Source of the DNA: the human T2T-CHM13v2.0 reference genome, Homo sapiens | NCBI RefSeq assembly: GCF_009914755.1 | Contig: NC_060937.1 | Direction: 5' to 3' (one strand) | DNA: 64,000 nt | Shown here: positions 57,045 through 64,000 of the stretch, piece after piece | Layout of the letters: each line of letters begins with the position of its first letter | How positions within the stretch are numbered: position 1 is the first letter of the stretch | Notes under the pieces: model-generated | Databases searched by the model: none | What the model saw: the letters and a program-made list of their open reading frames with translations, nothing else | What the model was told of the DNA's origin: nothing | Made by a program: the position numbers and the translations under genes

Positions 57045-60000
57045 TTATGAGTCTTTTAGTGTCATGTATTAAACTATCCCATTTTAAATAAGTTAATAAT
57101 ATAATTGAAAAGGAAATGTGATTTCCACTATATTTGTAGTGAACAGAGATACTCACAAAAGTTCAAAATAAGATCTTGCAAAATATTACATGGATTAACA
57201 CCTGTGCCACCTTTAATATAGTAAAAGTAAAATGAAGTATGTCTTTATTTTCTTAGATTCCTTCCTAATACATTTCTTAAATTAAGCAAAAGTGCAAGAT
57301 GAGCATTCCTTAGATGCACTTGCTGCTGGGCTCTCATCATTCTTGTGTATCTCGTGTATGTTATTATGTTGAACACACTGCATGTTTCCCAAAAGTTGCA
57401 ATGAATGTGGAAAGGGAATTAACTAAAGCAAACTTTCCTCGATTAGCGTTAATTTTCCTAATACAAAAATTTCTAAAGACAGCTCTATTTTAGTTTTGGA
57501 AAGCATGTAAAAAGTGGCATATACTCAATCAAACCTGAATTTGAAATTAACCTGTCACTTTAGACACCATAGTTTAAGGGGAAGGTTAAAACGTAAGGGT
57601 TTTTCAAAATCTCCATGCTGGAGCAAGTGGCTAATAGTTCACTAGGACCTTATATGATACCAAAGGAAAGAGGGAGAGAACTAAAGAAACACAAAACAAG
57701 AAACAAAACATCTCTCGCTTTTATTATTAATAATTTAACAGTTCTCCACAATGAAAAAAATCATAATCTGAAAATAACGTATTATTAGTAAAGAATAAAG
57801 AAAAATGTATTTACATAGATTTGAACTTAGGGCTTCACAGCTATTAAAATTCAACAGAAAATGTACCTTTGAGGGACTATATCCTGTAAAATAACACAGC
57901 ACCAACACAAAAGCGGTGGCATGCCCTGACTCATTATTTTCTATAAAGATGAGTATGATTAACTGTGTTCATAAATTAAAAAATAAAATATTCAAAAAAT
58001 TATTTTTTCCTATTCCATAGTTATTCATAATAAACAAAAGCAACCCTTTCATTAAAATGCCCCCTTTTGCAAGCTGTAAAGATAAGACAGCAAAATTATT
58101 CAATCTTTTGTTTCCGTTAAAAATATCCAGCAATCAGAGTTATTCTATTATTAAGACAAAGGAAAGGGTCAATGTGTTCAGAGTGGAAATTAAAAGGATT
58201 TCATCTCTTAGCTAAACCTCCTGTTTCTAGATGCATGCACATAATGATACTAAAAAATGACAATGGAACTTTAGAGAGCTATCGAGCTATGAAATGAAAG
58301 GCCTCATAAAGACAAGTGATTAACTTATTTAAACTTTTTCACTGATGCACTGAGAAATACATTTCCTTTTATTTCTGGTATTACAATCCAAATCATCATA
58401 TAATGAAGTACTTCTGGATGTTAAACCTGTATCTAAAATATGGAACAGGCGAGAAAGTCATTTAGCATATATCACAGATAGCCAAAGGTAGCATTAAACA
58501 TAAGGCTAAAAGAAAGCAATTGTAGATAAAATTTATCTGTTTCTTGATTGTTTGAAAAGGCATTTCAAGCCAAGTTATCATAAAGTTGAAAAAAAACAAA
58601 CCAAAATTATTTCAATGACAACCTCGTTATAAGATAAGCACTGTTAAATGATAAATGATCATATGAAAGTATTTCAAATCAGTAAACAAAAGAAGGCTAT
58701 TTGTCTTGACGTTTTACTATCTGCAAAAATAATGCATAATTATTGAAATACACTTCCCCCACTCAAAATACAAGGCTAAGTATTTATCAGAAATTATATC
58801 AAACACTTGCCAAATTTTGTTATGTAAATTCTGTTAATTTACTGGATATCAAGGAGAAATAGCTTACTAATGTTTTTCTATATGGAATAGTTCACAATTC
58901 TTCAAACCTCTTGCCACATGCCATGTAATAAAAGAACTAATACAATTATATTATATTCAATTTAAAAAATAATATAGAATATGTGTTACCTACGTTGAGA
59001 CTCTTCAACAGAGTTGTCACTTGCTGTCTACAATGAGCCAAGATTTAAACTCTACACATTAATCACTAAATTTGATCTACGTAATAACTATGAACATTTT
59101 ATATTATTATTGGTATTATTATTATTTAAAAGATGAGTCAGGAGGGACTCAGTTATATTCAACATCAAATAAGTACTCAGAAAATGAAAAAAATAAAATA
59201 AGGCAACATATGTCCTTAAACAAGTTGACAGACTGAAATTAAGGAAGAGATGGAGAGGAACTTTCCCTAATACTCTGAAAAAATGCCCCATTAATTGCTG
59301 AATGTCACATAAACATGATAAGTAAGAAAAAGAAACATTCTTGCCAGAGTAATATGCATGAGTAATAATCACCCAGCACATGGCAGGGACTCAATGAGTA
59401 TGTTCAGAATGAATGAAAAATAAATGAATGAATGAGTGAGAGAGGGAAGGGATGATATTTAATTTTTCCTAGGTCTGCAACTAGAGTTTTTCTTTTGGCT
59501 AAAGCTACAATTCTCCACATCATTTCTTCTGCTTTGGAAAATAACTCTTTCTCGTCCCCAGGGTATTATTTCAATTACTACTTCATCAAAAGAGTTATTC
59601 TCACTCCTTACTACTCTCAGGGAGTAGTTTACACAATGGAGGAATTTGTCCTAAAATATTTCTGTTTTTTCCTCTCATAAAGTCAATAAAGTGGAAGCTC
59701 TGTCCAAACACAATCATTGACTTGAGCAATTTAAAGCTGAGGATATTACTATTTATACATTTCATAAACATGGGAATTTTAATACTGTTGCTTAAAATTT
59801 ATTTTCATAATTGGAAAAAAACATGCCATTAAATTCAAAGAATGACCCAAATAATGAAGTCTTAAGGAGGCCCCCACAGGAGAAAGAAATGGGAAAATCA
59901 TCACTGATTGACTTGGAAGGTAAGAGAGCTATTAATTTATTAATTTTCACACATACCAAAATTGATGGATTAAAGGTTTAAACATATTTCAAACGAAATA

Positions 60001-60174
60001 ACAAAAAAGATGCTCTTAAATGTCTTATGTGCTTCATATTTAGTTTTCTCTTTCATTTACTAATTTAGTCCTCATATTTTACTTAAGAATTTTATAAAAA
60101 ATAAACTGCACAGGTGATAATTTTGCATTATTTAACTCACTCCTTTATCCAAGCTATTTAATATACTTCCTTTT

Positions 60175-60670
60175 CACAGATTTATTGATAAATAATTCAC
60201 CTATCATACATTCACTAATTTACAGTATGCAATTCAATGATGTTAGTATATTTACAGGGCTATATATTACCAAGTTCAATTTTATAATATGTTTGTTCCC
60301 CTTAAAAGAAACCACATACTTATTAAGTGTCACTTTCCACCCCAATCCCTAGACCTAGGCAATCATTACTTTAGGTGTGAGTAATTTTGCCTATTCTGGT
60401 CAATTTCTACAAATGGAATCATGTAGCTGTGGTCTTTTGTGGCTGGCTTCTTTCACTTAGCGCAATGTTTTCAAGGTTCACCCATGTTGTACCATGTATC
60501 AGCACTTTATTTCTTATTAATACCGAGTAATACACATTGGATAGATACGCCACATTTTATTTATCTATTCATCAGCTGATGGACATTTGGCTTGTTATTT
60601 TGTTTGGGCTATTATGAATAATGGTGCTATGAACACTTGTGTACCAGGTTTTAGGTAGACATATATTTAT
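60175..60670 (-). mobile_element. L1M (L1MB-like) 3' fragment
   Basis: 'aaatggaatcat...gtcttttgtggctggcttctttcacttagc...gttttcaaggttcacccatgttgta...gatggacatttgg' typical reverse L1M 3' end. Confidence 0.85.
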
Positions 60671-62079
60671 TCAATATGTTTCTGATTGACACCTAAAAAA
60701 GTCTAAAAATAAAGACAACTTGTATTTATATTTCAAGAACATTATTAGAATCTATAATATTTTGCTTCTGGGAAGGAGCCAATACATGGAATATATTCCT
60801 GAAGCCCCTAGTCTAACATCTGGCAACCATGCAAACAGCTGTATCCATGCACATGTAAAGCTAAAGAGATGGAAAGAATTCACACCCTGAGTCCACTGCC
60901 TTTGGCATATCAATCCTGATTCCAAATTTTGCATCTTAAAAACTGGAAATTAAAAATGTGTATTCAAATATCCATTTGACTGCTTCCCATTAAAAGTTAC
61001 ATTTTACAGCAACAAAATTGTGTTGCATATAGTATATACATATCAAAATAAAACATATTTGCCAACTTTATCATTTCTTTTCCTAATCCTGATTCTGTAT
61101 GACATATTGCTATTTTGATAAGCACTGAATTTTAGGTTTCTTTTTAATGATTCTAAATTAAATCAGTTCAACAATAAACAAATAAAAGAAACTTCCTTTG
61201 ATCTAAGTCTTTCCTACTTTTCAAGAATTTTCTCCCAGTACTCTACCTCAAAATGGTTGCAGTTTTCCAGGCTACACAAAACCATTTCTTATGAGCAAGG
61301 CTGTGATCATGATTTCTCACGTGGCCAGCTGGTACCTTCTCCCTTTGGTCCTCCTCTAGATGGCATTCCTAGGAACATCTATAACCTGTCTCTTCTCCCA
61401 TTCCCCTACTTGTCCATGCCATCCCACTGAGGTTTGTTTTGCCACCACTACCTCTGCTGCCATAAGGGCATGTAGTTGTGTATACATAAAGATACAAGTA
61501 AAATAAAATATGATTAATTATATATAATGATGCCTATTATATATGTATATGCATACCTACACATATAAAAGGGCATTTAATATATTTTATTTCACTTACA
61601 TCTTTATATATGTATATTCCGAAGTAGATCCTTGAGGACTCAGAAATTGCCACTTTCTTAACCATTTTCTCTTCAGCAACCAGAAGAGTGCCTGACCAAG
61701 AAAGTACTCACAAACTGTTGACTGCTCAACTGGGGTTAATTGCGTGAATCTTCATTTACTATTAGCTGGAATAGGGAAGCATCAGTAATCCTGAACCAAA
61801 GTCTTCCGAAAGCTTTACAATTACGTATGTACAGGATTTTCCTAAGACATTCAAATTCCACTAGGATGAGGATTAAGAACATCCAGGAGAGTGGGAGTAT
61901 TATTATTATCTTGATAGTGGATTCTAACATTCTAGACTCACTTTGATAATCTAAATGTGAAATGATTTTTGATGGAAAATAAAGAAATAGAGTAGAAGAG
62001 AAAAAGCTGGACTTTGCTGCCTTAGAGTCCAAACTCCAGCATGCAAATCCATTTTTATGCCTCTAAACACAGCTTACTA

Positions 62080-62450
62080 GTTCCACCTTACCAATATCTA
62101 AGAAGGCAATATTACAATCATTGTTTCCAGGGATGCAGGCGGGGCTGAATCGCCAACCTACTGACTTACAACTCCGTGAACTAGATCACCTCCTGTTATA
62201 TAACGTATTGGCTGCAGAAACTTAAAACTAATTATTACAACATGGCCTTCATTAATTTGAAGAATATAGCCTTCAATGCCAAGATGGCAAAAAACAAAAT
62301 AAACGTGCAACCTAATTGGTAAGGCATCTTTGGGTTGCACAGTAAGTTCCAAACTTGAGAAAACATTCATTCAACCAGCAAATGATTCCATAATAGCAGA
62401 AGCGCCAGCAGACCCAGAGAATGAGCTGAGAACAAGGGAGTGAGGACTAC
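62080..62450. promoter_or_regulatory. Candidate promoter-like or enhancer block
   Basis: GC-box-like aggcggggc 62137; reverse CCAAT at 62207 and 62315; YY1-type CAAGATGGC 62280; raised CpG; no repeats. Confidence 0.35.
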
Positions 62451-63189
62451 ATCAAAAGATTGTCAACGTACTACAGAAGAATAAGGTCATTGATAGAACG
62501 CTCCTTATTAAGTTTATAAAAACATTGGATTCACCTTCAATGTGACAGTGCCCTTTAAACATTTACAATTTAATTTATGTCACTAATAATAAAACTTCAG
62601 ACTGTGCATGCCAGTTGAAGAAGTGAGAAAAGAATAGGAGAAAAAGTCATAAATATATAGCTGATTAGGATTTCCTATATTCACAATTTTAAGGCAAAGA
62701 TTAAATAGCAAATCCTTCATTAAGGCAAGCGCCTGGGCTCCTTTTTTGAAAACCAGCGACTGAATTTCAGAGCAACTGCATTGTGTAGTGGACAATAACA
62801 AAGAATAGTGCTATTAATCACATAAAATCATTTCCTATTTACCTGAGGTTATCTGTAAATTTATAATTCTTCTGATAGCTTTTGATTAACTAAGTAAAGA
62901 AGAGGTCCTGCACCAGAGCTATGTAAATTCAGGTGCTGTGTCAATATCTGCAACACAAATTGATTGCCTTTAATGCTACTAAACAGAAGCCACCTTTCCG
63001 CTCCTCTGTGAACAAGATTTATATATAAATTAGCTTGAAATATACTGAAAATGAAATCACATAGGGACATTTATTTTTTGCACTGTTTTCTGTGCTAAAC
63101 TCTTCTGAGGAAGACTTGAACTCTGAGGATCAGGAAACCACAATCTTTCAAAAGTGTTAAGCTGCGTTACAGGGTAACGGAAAGGCTCG

Positions 63190-63305
63190 GGACAGAGTGA
63201 TAAGATCTGTGTCTGCTTCTCTCTCCACAGCTTACTGTTCCTGACCTTAAGTGAGTTCTTTAACCTCTGTGAAACCTACATTTCTTCATTGGTGAATTAA
63301 GCCAG
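63190..63305 (+). mobile_element. MIR fragment
   Basis: 'cttactgttcctgaccttaagtgagttctttaacctctgtg...tttcttcatt'. Confidence 0.55.
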
Positions 63306-64000
63306 TTACACCCGTGCCATCGACATCCAAATATAAAGTAGGGTAATAAAAAATAATGTTCTTAAACATCTTTTTCAACTTTTATATTTTCTAAACTATA
63401 AACCACGGTTTGTAGCACAAAAGCATGTATTCAACCATGAAACATTAGCGTAAGCATAATGTGCCATCTCTAAAGCAAATCATTTTAATAAGACAGACTA
63501 TTTAAAATGTTCTTTGTTTTTCACAGACTTTAGGGTAGGCTCAAGGCAAAGTTAAGAAAAACCCTGAGTTTGTCTTCATTACATGGTGCCTCTGTGGTTT
63601 GATCTTTCCTTTTAGCCTGCTGGTTCCCATCTTTGAGTAACCCACTCTTCCTCACTTCCATCCTGGCTTCTCTGGTCTCTAAGGCCCCCAGTCTTTCAGG
63701 TTCATTTCTGGTGTTCCTTATCCAGACATCACTACGGCTGTTGCCTTATGCTTATACTGTTGCCATGCTTGTACTCACTAAACCCCCTTTCTACTTTCTT
63801 CCTCCTCACTCCCCTCCCACAAAAATTCACTTAAATCCTGTTATCTGAAGACCAGTAGTTTTCTTTTCAATACTGAGTAAAGTTGTCTAATCTGACATTC
63901 AGTTCACATTTATGTACTAACGTAAGAAAGTTAAAAGCATTAACCTCTTCAAAAACTTAAATATTTTAGTTTAAATTGTACCTTTTAAATAAAATTTCTT

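Overview
AT-rich primate (human-like) genomic DNA, most consistent with the interior of a large gene transcribed on the minus strand. It carries about 17 Alu/FLAM copies (J, S and Y classes), two L1 3' fragments, many MIR and L2 relics, MER5/MER3/MER33 DNA transposons, an LTR33-like solo LTR and several microsatellites. I found no convincing protein-coding exon: the supplied ORFs fall in Alus, TA-rich microsatellites, an L1 ORF2 remnant or random AT-rich sequence. The main non-repeat signal is two short minus-strand exon candidates with consensus splice sites (32142-32053, which has stops in all three frames, and 24977-24890), plus a weaker terminal-exon candidate (21866 to about 21690). Together they suggest 5'UTR or lncRNA exons. 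Several repeat-free, motif-rich blocks look like enhancers or alternative promoters. I cannot name the host gene, and I do not see evidence for a new multi-gene system. Repeat subfamily calls come from remembered consensus sequences, and boundaries of old repeats are approximate.
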